Shown: piece after piece, positions 1-8,833 of the stretch
Layout of the letters: each line of letters opens with the position of its first letter
How positions within the stretch are numbered: the first letter of the stretch is position 1
From: Sedimentisphaerales bacterium
GTDB lineage: Bacteria; Planctomycetota; Phycisphaerae; Sedimentisphaerales; SM23-30
Length of the DNA stretch: 64,000 bases
Assembly: GCA_963663965.2 (NCBI GenBank)
Contig: CAXXFK010000013.1
Span: 128,001 to 192,000, forward strand
Direction of reading: 5' to 3'
Translations under genes and position numbers: made by a program
The notes under the pieces: model-generated
Told to the model about the DNA's origin: nothing
Databases searched by the model: none
Seen by the model: only the letters and a program-made list of their open reading frames with translations

Positions 1-91
1 GCGACCCGAAGAAAGTAAGGTTTGAATCATGAGGCGCGCCTGTGGAGTAGCACGAAAGGCCAGTGGCCCTGGTGGGGGGATTCAGATTGTC

Positions 92-231
92 GTCTTTCGG
101 CCTTTCAGGCCTCTGGCGGGTGGGATTGAATTTGTCCGGGCCCTGACGGGCCCGGCCAGGAACTGGCAACCCTTCGGGTTTCACTGATGCGAATATGGGG
201 GGGCATTGCTATGGTGAGATTGATGGGATTG
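92..231. repeat. ~140-bp direct repeat, copy 1; contains tri-hairpin REP-like element (GGCCtttcaGGCC / CCGGGCCCtgacGGGCCCGG / AACCCttcGGGTT)
   Basis: Near-identical to 2974-3112 (identical over the first ~94 bp); three GC-rich hairpins read directly. Confidence 0.9.
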
Positions 232-289
232 TGGGCCGCGGAAAAGAATAGGAAGCGGTTGGTTTCGATTTTTGAAGGGGAATTATGGG

Positions 290-945
290 TATGGACGGGC
301 ACGGACCTGCATGGACAACCACAGGGCGGTCAAGCCGCTACCAAAGAAGAAATAGTTCACACAAAGCCGCAAAGCCGCAAAGATAAACAGCCATTTAGAC
401 CGGATCATCCCGATCCCGATGACTTGGGATTTCGCTTTGCTCAATATCCGGGACTTACAGCTCATTGGCAGGATTTAAGAAAAGGGAAATTTGGATTCGA
501 TGTAACGGCCGGATTAACCGCGGATGGACGCAGGTGAAAAACATGGCTAAGTAATCGAAATATAAGAAGTTATAACAACGGAAAAACACGGAAAGACACG
601 GAAGGAAATCAGGGTTAAGAAGTTAAAATCAAAGAAGCTGGAACTGCGAAAGGGATGAAAATAAAGAGTGGCTGCGCCACGAGTTAAATTTATAAAGGCA
701 GGGGTTAACCACGAAGCGCCTTCGGCTTCACGAAGGGCGCCTGCGGCGCTACACGAAGGTTAAGAAAAAAAATAACAGCCGGTTTGTCCGCAGATCCCGA
801 TGTACATCGGGACACTGATGGACGCAGATGAAACAGCCAGACATACTATCCTGGGCGGTCGAACCGCAGGCAAAGAAAAAATAGTTCACACAAAGCCGCG
901 AAGAAAAACAACCGGTTTAACGCAAAGGCGCTGAGGTGCAAAGGG
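290..945 (+). repeat. Array of short 8-10-bp triad repeat motifs (CACGGAA, CGCAAAG, CACGAAG, CGCAGAT, CACGGAC types) with inserted mini-palindromes
   Basis: e.g. aacggaaaaacacggaaagacacggaagg (577-605); cacaaagccgcaaagccgcaaag (360-382); cacgaag x3 (710-758); 33-bp near-duplicate 342-374 / 871-903; palindrome cccgatgtacatcggg (796-811). Confidence 0.7.
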
Positions 946-1108
946 TGGGCAACGGCTGGGAGAGTCAAGAGTTGACGGAAGGCGCTAAGTGATATAAAAT
1001 ATTGTTTTAAAAGATCATCTATTCTCCGACACAATAACTTCGCTAAAATAACAAAGAATTGAAGGATTGTAGAACGAACCAGTATGGGTGTTAACCGTGG
1101 CCACCCGG

Positions 1109-1164
1109 CCGGCAAGTTACACTTGACCGGTGGCGCCCGAGACAGGTTGTCGAGGCTGCCCGGC
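1109..1164. repeat. Imperfect palindromic repeat R1, copy a
   Basis: ccggcaag..tgaccggtggcgcccgagac..gtcgaggctgcccggc; matches 3312-3367 and, more loosely, 2498-2537. Confidence 0.75.
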
Positions 1165-1177
1165 TGGTTTTGAAAAT

Positions 1178-1324
1178 ATGCCACTGATTGAATCTGGATG
1201 GGGAGATACATGTGCTTTATTTAAATGGGAAAATGGGCAAATTAACATAGGTTTAGGAAAAGGTGAAGCCTTAAAAAGGTTTAATGATAACATTATTGGT
1301 TGCAAGCCATTGAGGTGTGAATAG
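1178..1324 (+). pseudogene. Probable orphan C-terminal tip of a polymorphic toxin (fragment)
   Basis: AT-rich short frame (..FKWENGQINIGLGKGEALKRF..) starting just after R1a; its stop overlaps the start of the next immunity-like gene. Confidence 0.35.
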
Positions 1325-1844
1325 AATGAAGGAATCCGCTTTAAAACCTATAGTAGATTATGTTTTAGCAAAGATAACTAGAGAAGAATTTTATAAAATG
1401 TTTCCATATGATATACTTAACAATCCAGATTTGTATCTAGAATTGTTAAGGGAAGCTTTTCAAGAAAGAAACGACGGCCATATTGAATGTCTAATTACTT
1501 TGGGATTCAAACTGGATATTTATGATCATTCCCATGTTGATTTATTGTGCCAACTGCTGGATGTTGACTGGCATTGTAAGCATGAAGATATCGCTAGGCT
1601 ATTACAAGATCTGAAAGATCCTCGCGCCATAGAAGTGCTTTATCGTACGGCTTTGAGAAAATATAAATATCTCGAGTACAATAACAGTAGTGCGCTCGGT
1701 ATTAAATGTGTCTGGGCGCTCTTTGTCATTAATACTCCTGAATCCATTGAAAAGTTAAAACTGATTTCTCAATCAGATACTGTCGACATTGAAGTTGCAA
1801 AACGAGCGAAAAAGAAACTAGGTGAGGTAATAAATAAAAAATAA
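1317..1844 (+). CDS. HEAT-repeat protein, probable polymorphic-toxin immunity protein
   Basis: 175 aa helical; motif LL..DWH..HEDIA..LQ.L.DP..I..LY...KC.WAL..I.T.E; AT-rich relative to the window; start may be ATG 1326. Confidence 0.65.
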   Translation: MNRMKESALKPIVDYVLAKITREEFYKMFPYDILNNPDLYLELLREAFQERNDGHIECLITLGFKLDIYDHSHVDLLCQLLDVDWHCKHEDIARLLQDLKDPRAIEVLYRTALRKYKYLEYNNSSALGIKCVWALFVINTPESIEKLKLISQSDTVDIEVAKRAKKKLGEVINKK

Positions 1845-1847
1845 GAA

Positions 1848-2492
1848 ATGGATTTACAGATGGCATTAGGCTTTGAACTCTACATTACACAATTAGACAG
1901 ATGGCCTGCTTCAGGCTGCCACATTATGGCTCAATATGATGATAAATCTATTATTGTATACCAGGCTTATAAAGATTCCATTGCGGAATATGCCGTAAAT
2001 AATTGTCGCTTTGGGGGCACGGATTTCAGCTTTAATAGAATGAGTTGGATTAAAACGAGTTTTTTATGGATGATGTATCGTAGTGATTGGGCTCGTAAGC
2101 CTGATCAGACAAACATTTTGGCAATCAAACTACAGCGGGAGGGATTTGAGGAGATGCTAAAGCATGCGGTGCATTCTACCTTTCATAGGAATATTTATAA
2201 TGATAACCATGCTTGGAAGAATGCCTTGAAAAGTTCCGATGTCAGGTTGCAATGGGATCCTGATCATGATCCATTTGGGAATAAAACTGCCCGGAGAGCG
2301 ATTCAGTTGGGCTTAAGAGGCAATATGCTTAAGAAGTATAGCAGTGATTGGATTATGAGTATAGATAATATTACTGAATATGTACACCAACAATATATTT
2401 ATGTTGCCGAGCGTAAACTGAATAATTTGAGGACGCCAATAGAAAAGGAATACTTGCCTAAAAACAAAGAAACGGTCGAGTGGCCTCGTTAA
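1848..2492 (+). CDS. DUF4291 family protein
   Basis: Motifs I.AQYD...I.VYQAY...IA, RMSWIKTSFLWMMYRS.W, VRLQWDPDH...RRAIQLGL. Confidence 0.85.
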   Translation: MDLQMALGFELYITQLDRWPASGCHIMAQYDDKSIIVYQAYKDSIAEYAVNNCRFGGTDFSFNRMSWIKTSFLWMMYRSDWARKPDQTNILAIKLQREGFEEMLKHAVHSTFHRNIYNDNHAWKNALKSSDVRLQWDPDHDPFGNKTARRAIQLGLRGNMLKKYSSDWIMSIDNITEYVHQQYIYVAERKLNNLRTPIEKEYLPKNKETVEWPR

Positions 2493-2497
2493 TATAT

Positions 2498-2537
2498 CCG
2501 GGGTGACACCCAAGGCAGATGGCCGAGGCCATTCGGC
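2498..2537. repeat. Imperfect palindromic repeat R1, copy b (diverged)
   Basis: ccggggtgacacccaaggcagatggccgaggccattcggc; shares gatggccgaggc with R1c; starts 5 bp after the DUF4291 stop. Confidence 0.6.
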
Positions 2538-2586
2538 TGCTTTCGACTCTAAAGCAACTATTAGAGGCGCCCTAAAATATTCTGTC

Positions 2587-2668
2587 GGCCCTTCGGGCCT
2601 TATGAATACCATTGATCCGTATTCCGGAGCCTGACGGCTTCGGCTAGTAACTGGCGGCCTTTCTGGCC
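2587..2668. repeat. Tri-hairpin REP-like element, diverged copy
   Basis: GGCCCttcGGGCC ... CCGGAGCCtgacGGCTTCGG ... GGCCtttctGGCC; same order and spacing as the 92-231 and 2974-3112 copies. Confidence 0.75.
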
Positions 2669-2973
2669 TCAGAAGTGCGGTTGGGCGGTTTAGGCAAGGC
2701 TGTCCGGTGCGGCATCTTTCAGCGTAGCGAAGTGGGGCTTGTGGGTGTTCTGGCTTTGCGATAAAATTGGGGCTATTGGTGATATCAGATGGAATTGAAA
2801 ATGTATAATATAGAATTGGAGAGACAGGCGTTGCTTGTGATATTTTACTTTTAATGGAAACGGTGTTAATATAGGCGATGAAGCGTTAGACACCGGCAAG
2901 CTGCGTTTGGAGGTGACTCATTAGATTGGGGTCCTATTCAGAAGGTATTGACTGTCCCTACTGATACTTTATA

Positions 2974-3112
2974 GTCTTTCGGCCTTTCAGGCCTCTGGCG
3001 GGTGGGATTGAATTTGTCCGGGCCCTGACGGGCCCGGCCAGGAACTGGCAACCCTTCGGGTTTCACTAATGCGAATGTGTGGTTTGCTGCTATGGTGAGA
3101 TTGATGGGATTG
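2974..3112. repeat. ~140-bp direct repeat, copy 2 (tri-hairpin REP-like)
   Basis: Matches 92-231. Confidence 0.9.
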
Positions 3113-3181
3113 GAAAGGCAAAAGATAGAATTGAGAAGACAGGTGTTGGTTGTGATATTTAACTTTTCATGGAGACGGTGT

Positions 3182-3287
3182 TATACCCAATGGGTGTGAA
3201 AATTCCTGATCGCTCGCAAGATAAGAGTTTGCCCGTATAGAACTTATATCACGGCCCAGCGGGCAATTGCAATGTTGAGCAGTTATA
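3182..3287. mobile_element. ~105-bp ERIC-like MITE, copy 1
   Basis: Highly similar to 8713-8817 and 33433-33537; TATA termini; flanked by GTTATA direct repeat; absent from the paralogous site near 2865. Confidence 0.7.
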
Positions 3288-3311
3288 TAATGGGCGATGA
3301 CGCGTTAGACG

Positions 3312-3367
3312 CCGGCAAGCGGCGCCTGACCGGTGGTACCCGAGACCGATGGCCGAGGCTGCCCGGC
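3312..3367. repeat. Imperfect palindromic repeat R1, copy c
   Basis: ccggcaag..tgaccggtggtacccgagac..gccgaggctgcccggc. Confidence 0.75.
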
Positions 3368-3444
3368 CGCCTTTCACAATTTCAGATCAGACAGAAAGCT
3401 TGAAATCTCCCAGCTCTATTGTCTGAAATTAGCTGATTGACCAT

Positions 3445-4971
3445 TTATGACAGTTCCTTACTTTTTATAAAACTTACTGTTTCGCTTAATGAGAGTCCTC
3501 TGCTTCCTGGTCCCACTCTTATGTAAAATTCTTCTTCGCCCGGTTTTTTTCTCAGGTAGACTGGGGCATCCGCTTTGCGGCAGTCAGCGACAATCATGGT
3601 TTTGCCTTCAATGGTAAATGCCTTAAAGGTAATAAACTTTGCGAAGGCCAAACCTATATGCTGTTTTATAAGATTGTTGAAGTGAAGAAGCAGTTTGTCT
3701 TCATTCGGGAAGTTGTCCAGATCCGTTCCGAGAATGTTGCCGTTGTCTTCCACTCCCACGATGAGTGTCCCGCCCGCTGAGTTCATGAAAGCGACCAGTG
3801 TTTTCATGGCGGCCAGTTCGATCTCTTTACCCGGTTGATTCGCTTTGATATTCCAACGGAGGGTCGACTTGAATTCCAGATGATCGTTTTCGCCCGCGTC
3901 AATGGCTTCAAGAAGTGTCTGGTTGTCCATTTCTGTGAGCATTGGCGGAAGTGATGATAGTTTTAATTCGATCTCATAACGTCGCCAGAGGAAAAACGTT
4001 GCAAGAATGGCTACCACTGTCACCATAGCAGAATATACCGGAAGCGTCAGTTTACCCTTCCAGAGACTCATCAATATGGCAGACTCGGGGACGAGCACAG
4101 CAGAATAAGATTCGCTATTTTTGTCATCCAATTGTTTGATCGATGCCCACCAGGTTTTGCCCTCTATCGAAAAATTCACAACCTCTTTTGATTCATCATT
4201 TTTGAATAAAGAAACAGCGATTTCAATCTCGGGAAAATCCTCCTGAAATATTTCTCTTATCATGGGTGTTCCGTTCCTGGCAAATTCAAACAGGAATGTT
4301 CTGGATTGGTCGAGAGTGTTTCGCAGTAAAACCAGTCGTTGAGGATGGGTCATGTATTTTTTCAGGCCCTCAAAGAATTGTGTTGACTCGATTTGCAAAG
4401 CAAGCGCATAGAATTTTTTAGTCTCAGGATTACTAAAAATGGTTTCAGCGAGAAGCGTTGATTTGCCTTCAACCTCGTCATACTCCCCTGATACCCACCG
4501 GATTCTTGATTCCTGATCCTTCTCGACAAGCCTTTTATCCAGTTCATACAGAGGTCCAGATTGTCTATAGGGAACCTTGGTATCCTTGGTGTTTAACGGA
4601 TAAAACGACACTTCCGAGCCATCGTAGATCAACACCTGTTTAACATCTTGAAGATAGAATTTGCTGAACCTATCCAGTGTTTCCTGTGCCTCTGAAGGGC
4701 GTTCGGGATCCAACTTGCCTTGATCTCCGCTGTCTTTTAAGAATGAAATATCCTTTATGATCGGATCGATGAAAAACGCTATTCGTTTATTGGCGTATGA
4801 ACTTTGATCCAATATCATTTTAGAGATAATTTCATGTTTGGAATCCCTGTAGTCGACTACGGCGATAATCGTCAGGATTGCCATAACTGGAAGGACAACG
4901 ATAAGAAATATTTTTAGAATTCTTTGCTCGAAATTACGCGCAGGAGTTTTCAATAATCTGATAATTTTCAT
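3445..4971 (-). CDS. Two-TM membrane protein with extracytoplasmic (Cache-like) region and C-terminal Schlafen AlbA_2 domain
   Basis: TM segments at ~aa 18-40 and ~310-329; C-terminal GEN..LEFKS.LRW, AFMNS.GG.L.VGV.D.G, FYIR.G motifs typical of AlbA_2. Confidence 0.8.
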   Translation of the reverse strand: MKIIRLLKTPARNFEQRILKIFLIVVLPVMAILTIIAVVDYRDSKHEIISKMILDQSSYANKRIAFFIDPIIKDISFLKDSGDQGKLDPERPSEAQETLDRFSKFYLQDVKQVLIYDGSEVSFYPLNTKDTKVPYRQSGPLYELDKRLVEKDQESRIRWVSGEYDEVEGKSTLLAETIFSNPETKKFYALALQIESTQFFEGLKKYMTHPQRLVLLRNTLDQSRTFLFEFARNGTPMIREIFQEDFPEIEIAVSLFKNDESKEVVNFSIEGKTWWASIKQLDDKNSESYSAVLVPESAILMSLWKGKLTLPVYSAMVTVVAILATFFLWRRYEIELKLSSLPPMLTEMDNQTLLEAIDAGENDHLEFKSTLRWNIKANQPGKEIELAAMKTLVAFMNSAGGTLIVGVEDNGNILGTDLDNFPNEDKLLLHFNNLIKQHIGLAFAKFITFKAFTIEGKTMIVADCRKADAPVYLRKKPGEEEFYIRVGPGSRGLSLSETVSFIKSKELS

Positions 4972-5203
4972 TCGAATGGATCCTTATTTCATGTTCAGCA
5001 AACTCAAGCCGGGTATCTTCATTCCGCGTCTCTTCGTCGAAATCGATCCTGTCTACAGGAATTATATCAATCTGACATTTCCCGTTCAGGCAGTAAAAAA
5101 TTACGATGGACTCCTTAAGACATCAACAATTTTATGAAATTTTCTGTGGCAGGGTCAAGGGAAATCCATTCACTAACTGGGGGGGGAAGTTTTCAGGAAT
5201 TGG

Positions 5204-6367
5204 TTAAGGGCTTTTCGTGCCTGTTCGGGTGGAGATTGTTTTGGATTTCGTCTGGAAATATTTCAGCCAGTCCCGGGTGATGGCGCCGGCTATGTCGATT
5301 TGGGCCTGGGAGTATTCTTCAATGGTTTTGCCCCAGTAGAAGCCGAGGTAGCCATCGGCGATGGGGGCTGCGGCGTCGATAAACTGATTGAGTTCGTCGA
5401 GACTGCACGAGAGCGGGAACATTTCTTCGATGACCAGGGGTTTGCCCAGTTCGTAAACCTGGAGGGCGGTGATGGCTTTGTCGACCTGGTTACTTTTGGG
5501 GTAGAAATGGACGCTGACAAAATCGAGGTTTTTGCCAACCTGGGGTTGATGGAAGATCGATCGGGCACCGGGGAAGGTGAGCGCCCAGGGGATTTCGCCG
5601 ACGGTGATCAGGTGGCGGGAGTCGACTTTGCGGATGGCGGCGGTCAGGGTATCAAGCCAGGCGGCGGCGATCTGTTCGGGGGTACGGCCGGCGCGGTCCA
5701 GTGCAATCCGCTGGACAAAATAACGGTCGCCAAAGGCGCCGGCCAGCCAGTCGGTTTCTTTTTTGTCTCCGGGCAGTATGGGTTCATTCATCAGATCGTA
5801 GCAGAAGATGGCGGGGCTGGAACTGCCAACGGCGGCGACCCGTTCCCAGAAGAGCGCCTGAGTGGCCCAGCGGCCGGCTTCATCCAGGGCGTCGTACCAG
5901 GGCGGGGTCTGGGGTTTGTCGTAGCAACCCAGGCCGGTGATATCGAGATAGAGCCCGGTGGCTTCGGCCAGTTGGATCAGACGGGTGAGTTGTCTGAACT
6001 GGGTTTCATCGGGGGTATCGGGTGTGGGTATGAACCGGCCGGTCTGGAGGTGGATGCGTATCACCTTGGCGCCCAGGGCCTTGATTTCTTGAAAATCCGC
6101 TTCAACGGTCTCCCATTCGTTGAGCCAGTACTCCTCCAACAACCGGTTGTCGCGGTCGTGGTCGTAATTGACGCCCCAGGCTAGAAAGCGGCGGTTGGAA
6201 GCAGCCAGTTGAAATCCGGTTCCATTGGGATCGATGGTGATCCATTCCATGGTTGAGGCAGATTCCAGAGGCGATAAGGCAGGGGAATCCGAGGGCTTAT
6301 TGGGATGACAGCCGGAGAGGCTAATCAGTGCGGCCCATAGACTGGTGGTCAAGATTATCTGTTTCAT
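5204..6367 (-). CDS. Glycoside hydrolase family 5 (cellulase-type clan A) lipoprotein
   Basis: Lipobox LSGC after MKQ.. start; YDLMNEP acid/base, SVHFYP, LVIEEM nucleophile; start moved to ATG 6367. Confidence 0.8.
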   Translation of the reverse strand: MKQIILTTSLWAALISLSGCHPNKPSDSPALSPLESASTMEWITIDPNGTGFQLAASNRRFLAWGVNYDHDRDNRLLEEYWLNEWETVEADFQEIKALGAKVIRIHLQTGRFIPTPDTPDETQFRQLTRLIQLAEATGLYLDITGLGCYDKPQTPPWYDALDEAGRWATQALFWERVAAVGSSSPAIFCYDLMNEPILPGDKKETDWLAGAFGDRYFVQRIALDRAGRTPEQIAAAWLDTLTAAIRKVDSRHLITVGEIPWALTFPGARSIFHQPQVGKNLDFVSVHFYPKSNQVDKAITALQVYELGKPLVIEEMFPLSCSLDELNQFIDAAAPIADGYLGFYWGKTIEEYSQAQIDIAGAITRDWLKYFQTKSKTISTRTGTKSP

Positions 6368-6646
6368 TATTTCACCATAACTTGTGATATCTGGGGGGTA
6401 TATAGTATTGGATCTATTCCAGAGACTCCTCTGTGATGTCAACTCAGAGGGGTGATTGATTGTCTGGGAATATTGTATCTGCTGTCAACAGATAAACCCC
6501 AATGTGGTTGAAACGGCAGAAATTTGTTGTTCGAAAATTGGACAGATAATTATTGTAACCTTTTGCCGGATCATTTGTTAGGAGTCAATTGGCGGGATCA
6601 GGATGGATCATAGGCCATAATTTTTTCGGAAATGAACGGGGAGGAT

Positions 6647-6675
6647 TTGACAGCAATAATCTGGTGTGGTATAAT
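6647..6675 (+). promoter_or_regulatory. Consensus sigma70 promoter (TTGACA-N17-TATAAT, extended -10 TG)
   Basis: ttgaca 6647-6652, tataat 6670-6675, upstream of the 6841 ORF. Confidence 0.8.
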
Positions 6676-6840
6676 GTATATAGATATACAGTTAAAATAT
6701 GAGTTTTATTACGAATGATAAATCAAGCGTGATAACAGAAATGATTTGATGCTTTCTAATGAGAAGATGGGGGTTCTGTCTGAAGGCAGAAGGAAGAAAT
6801 TATCTGGATAGTATTTTATTTTTCGGAAAGGAGCCTGATC

Positions 6841-8103
6841 ATGAAACGGATCATTTTGTTCGTTGTATGTGTGAGTGTGATGATGGGTTTGCGGCCGGCG
6901 GATAGTTCGGCACAAAGTAAACCAACGGTTGAAGAGCGGGTGAATGGGTATCTGGCGGAGGGACAGATCAGCCAGGGGGCGGCGGCTTTGGCGACGGAGC
7001 TGAAAAAGAGGCCGGCTGATGAGGCGCTTCGGTTCGGGTGTGGTTTTATGCAATTCGCGGAAGCGGTGCAACGGCTGGGGCAGTCGTGGTATCGATACGG
7101 TGTCCGGTTAAACCCGGAGGTGGCCGGGATGATCCCGGTGTTGCGATTACCGGTGCCGATTAATCCGGAGCCGGAGCCGGTTAAGCACGAGCAGGTGTGT
7201 AAGGTTTTAGCGCGATTTGTGGATGACCTGATGGTCGCGGATCGGACGCTGGCCCCGATCAAAGGGGATGCGACCCGGCTGGGTATCCGGCTGGGACAGG
7301 GGTATCTGGATTTTGATGGGGATGGCAAGACCAGCGAGCCGGAGTCTTTATGGCGGATTTACGCGAGTGTGAATCGACAGGCCCGGGTGACGCCGGAACA
7401 GGCGGCGAATTTTCTGATCCGGCTGGACGCCGGGGATGCTTGTTGGTTACGCGGTTATTGTCATTTGATGTCGGGACTGCTGGAGTTTTATCTGGCGTAC
7501 GATGATGCGGAGTTATTCGACCATACCGCCCACCTGTTTTTCGCGCAGCCGGAAACCCCTTATCCGTTTTTGCGTCATAATCGGGAAGAGGGACGTCCAA
7601 TTGATTATCAACTGATTTCAGATTTTATTGCGATGATCCATTTGATTGATTTTCCAGTAAAGGATGCCGGGCGGAGCGCGGCGGCGCTGGAGCATTTCAA
7701 GCAGGTGATCCAGCTCAGTCGTCAAAGCTGGGTTCTGTATGAGAAGGAGACCGATGATGATCATGAATGGATCCCGAATCCGAAGCAGACGGGTGTGATA
7801 CCGGGTGTCAGGGTCAATGAAGAGATGGTGGAGAACTGGCGAATGTTTCTGGATGAGGCAGAGGGGATACTGGAGGGCCGGGTTCTGATTCCGTTCTGGA
7901 GAGGGACCGGGGATCAAGCGATGGGAGTAAATCTGAAACGGGTATTCATGGAACCGCGCCGGTTCGACCTGGTGCTATGGGTACAGGGAACGGAAGCGGC
8001 ACCCTATCTGGAAGAAGGGGTATTGACACAGCCGGATTTCTGGGGGCGGTTATGGGAGGCTTTTAATGGGAATTTTGTCGGATATGCGCTGTGGTTTAAT
8101 TGA
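6841..8103 (+). CDS. Secreted hypothetical protein
   Basis: 420 aa, signal peptide, AAGGAG RBS, EF-hand-like DFDGDG, ends ..ALWFN. Confidence 0.8.
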   Translation: MKRIILFVVCVSVMMGLRPADSSAQSKPTVEERVNGYLAEGQISQGAAALATELKKRPADEALRFGCGFMQFAEAVQRLGQSWYRYGVRLNPEVAGMIPVLRLPVPINPEPEPVKHEQVCKVLARFVDDLMVADRTLAPIKGDATRLGIRLGQGYLDFDGDGKTSEPESLWRIYASVNRQARVTPEQAANFLIRLDAGDACWLRGYCHLMSGLLEFYLAYDDAELFDHTAHLFFAQPETPYPFLRHNREEGRPIDYQLISDFIAMIHLIDFPVKDAGRSAAALEHFKQVIQLSRQSWVLYEKETDDDHEWIPNPKQTGVIPGVRVNEEMVENWRMFLDEAEGILEGRVLIPFWRGTGDQAMGVNLKRVFMEPRRFDLVLWVQGTEAAPYLEEGVLTQPDFWGRLWEAFNGNFVGYALWFN

Positions 8104-8195
8104 TGAAGAAGAGTGAGGGAGACTGTTCTTTGGAATGACATCTGATACAGAATAGTCATCCATTGGTATGATATCAGGTGGCAATAGAATATCTT

Positions 8196-8238
8196 TAAGA
8201 GTACTTCCAAACAACTTTGGGGGTACTCTTACTTTTTT
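8196..8238 (+). terminator. Inverted repeat / probable intrinsic terminator
   Basis: taagagtacttccaaa-caac-tttgggggtactctta followed by cttttt. Confidence 0.55.
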
Positions 8239-8279
8239 AACTGGTAATTCGAGTGGTAACGGGTATTATTTTTCTGGTA

Positions 8280-8639
8280 ATGCGAATTAAAACAAAAGCA
8301 CAATTTTTGTTATGTTTGGTTCTGAGTGCGTCTATATTGACAGGCTGTTTCAATCCTTCCCGATTGACTTATCCGCCCATGAAGCGTGAGATTGTCCAGC
8401 AGTATGGCGAACCAACCTCTAAATATCAGACAGAGAATGGGGGTGAGATTTGGGCCTACCGGATTCCGATTTTGACCAAGGGTCAGTATGAGGAACTGGC
8501 AGCGAAAGATCCCAAAGTGGCCAAGAATCACCGAGTCCCACTAGATACGGTTAACGAAATGAGCGATACTTATTATGAGTTTGAAATTGAGTTTGACCAG
8601 CAAGGTTATATCCGTAACTGGCGGCGAGTTGATCGATGA
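8280..8639 (+). CDS. Small lipoprotein, BamE/SmpA-like fold possible
   Basis: Lipobox LTGC; M.REIVQQYGEP....ENGGEIWAY and terminal IEFD..G.I..W pattern. Confidence 0.65.
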   Translation: MRIKTKAQFLLCLVLSASILTGCFNPSRLTYPPMKREIVQQYGEPTSKYQTENGGEIWAYRIPILTKGQYEELAAKDPKVAKNHRVPLDTVNEMSDTYYEFEIEFDQQGYIRNWRRVDR

Positions 8640-8712
8640 AACCCAATGTATTTTTTGAATAATCAGCAATCAAGGCCTGCCATTTATCTTATGATAACTT
8701 TAAGTTTTGATT

Positions 8713-8817
8713 TATATCCAATGGGTATGAAAATTCCCGATCGCTCGCAAGATAAGTATTTACCCGTTTAGAACTTATATCACGGTCCAACGGGCATTTA
8801 CCATTGTAAGCATTAAA
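8713..8817. mobile_element. ~105-bp ERIC-like MITE, copy 2
   Basis: Matches 3182-3287 and 33433-33537. Confidence 0.7.
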
Positions 8818-8833
8818 AACTAAGGAGACAGCG

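Noticed and set aside
1..32. Possible 3' end of an upstream gene (..DPKKVRFES*)
   Set aside because: Too short to support
105..1305. Short ORFs 105-302, 187-537, 283-465, 846-1211, 1117-1305
   Set aside because: They run through repeat and palindrome DNA, with no RBS or recognisable motifs
2860..3330. Integron attC sites (GCGTTAGAC matches GTTRRRY at ~2885 and ~3304)
   Set aside because: No matching complementary RYYYAAC/L boxes at suitable distance, no ORF directly between them, and no integrase in the window
92..3380. CRISPR array
   Set aside because: Repeats are not constant 25-45-bp units with regular unique spacers; no cas genes
4972..5070. Possible remnant of a gene upstream of the Schlafen receptor
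   Set aside because: Coding-like composition but no identifiable motif or consistent frame
5300..6184. 294-aa plus-strand ORF (also 26586-27485, 13689-14507, 38636-39520, 9233-10000)
   Set aside because: Antisense shadows of well-supported genes in GC-rich coding DNA
6665..6692. dif-like sequence (..TATAA-TGTATA-..)
   Set aside because: The central hexamer matches the E. coli dif core but the XerD arm (TTATGTTAAAT) is absent; better explained as the -10 box of the consensus promoter
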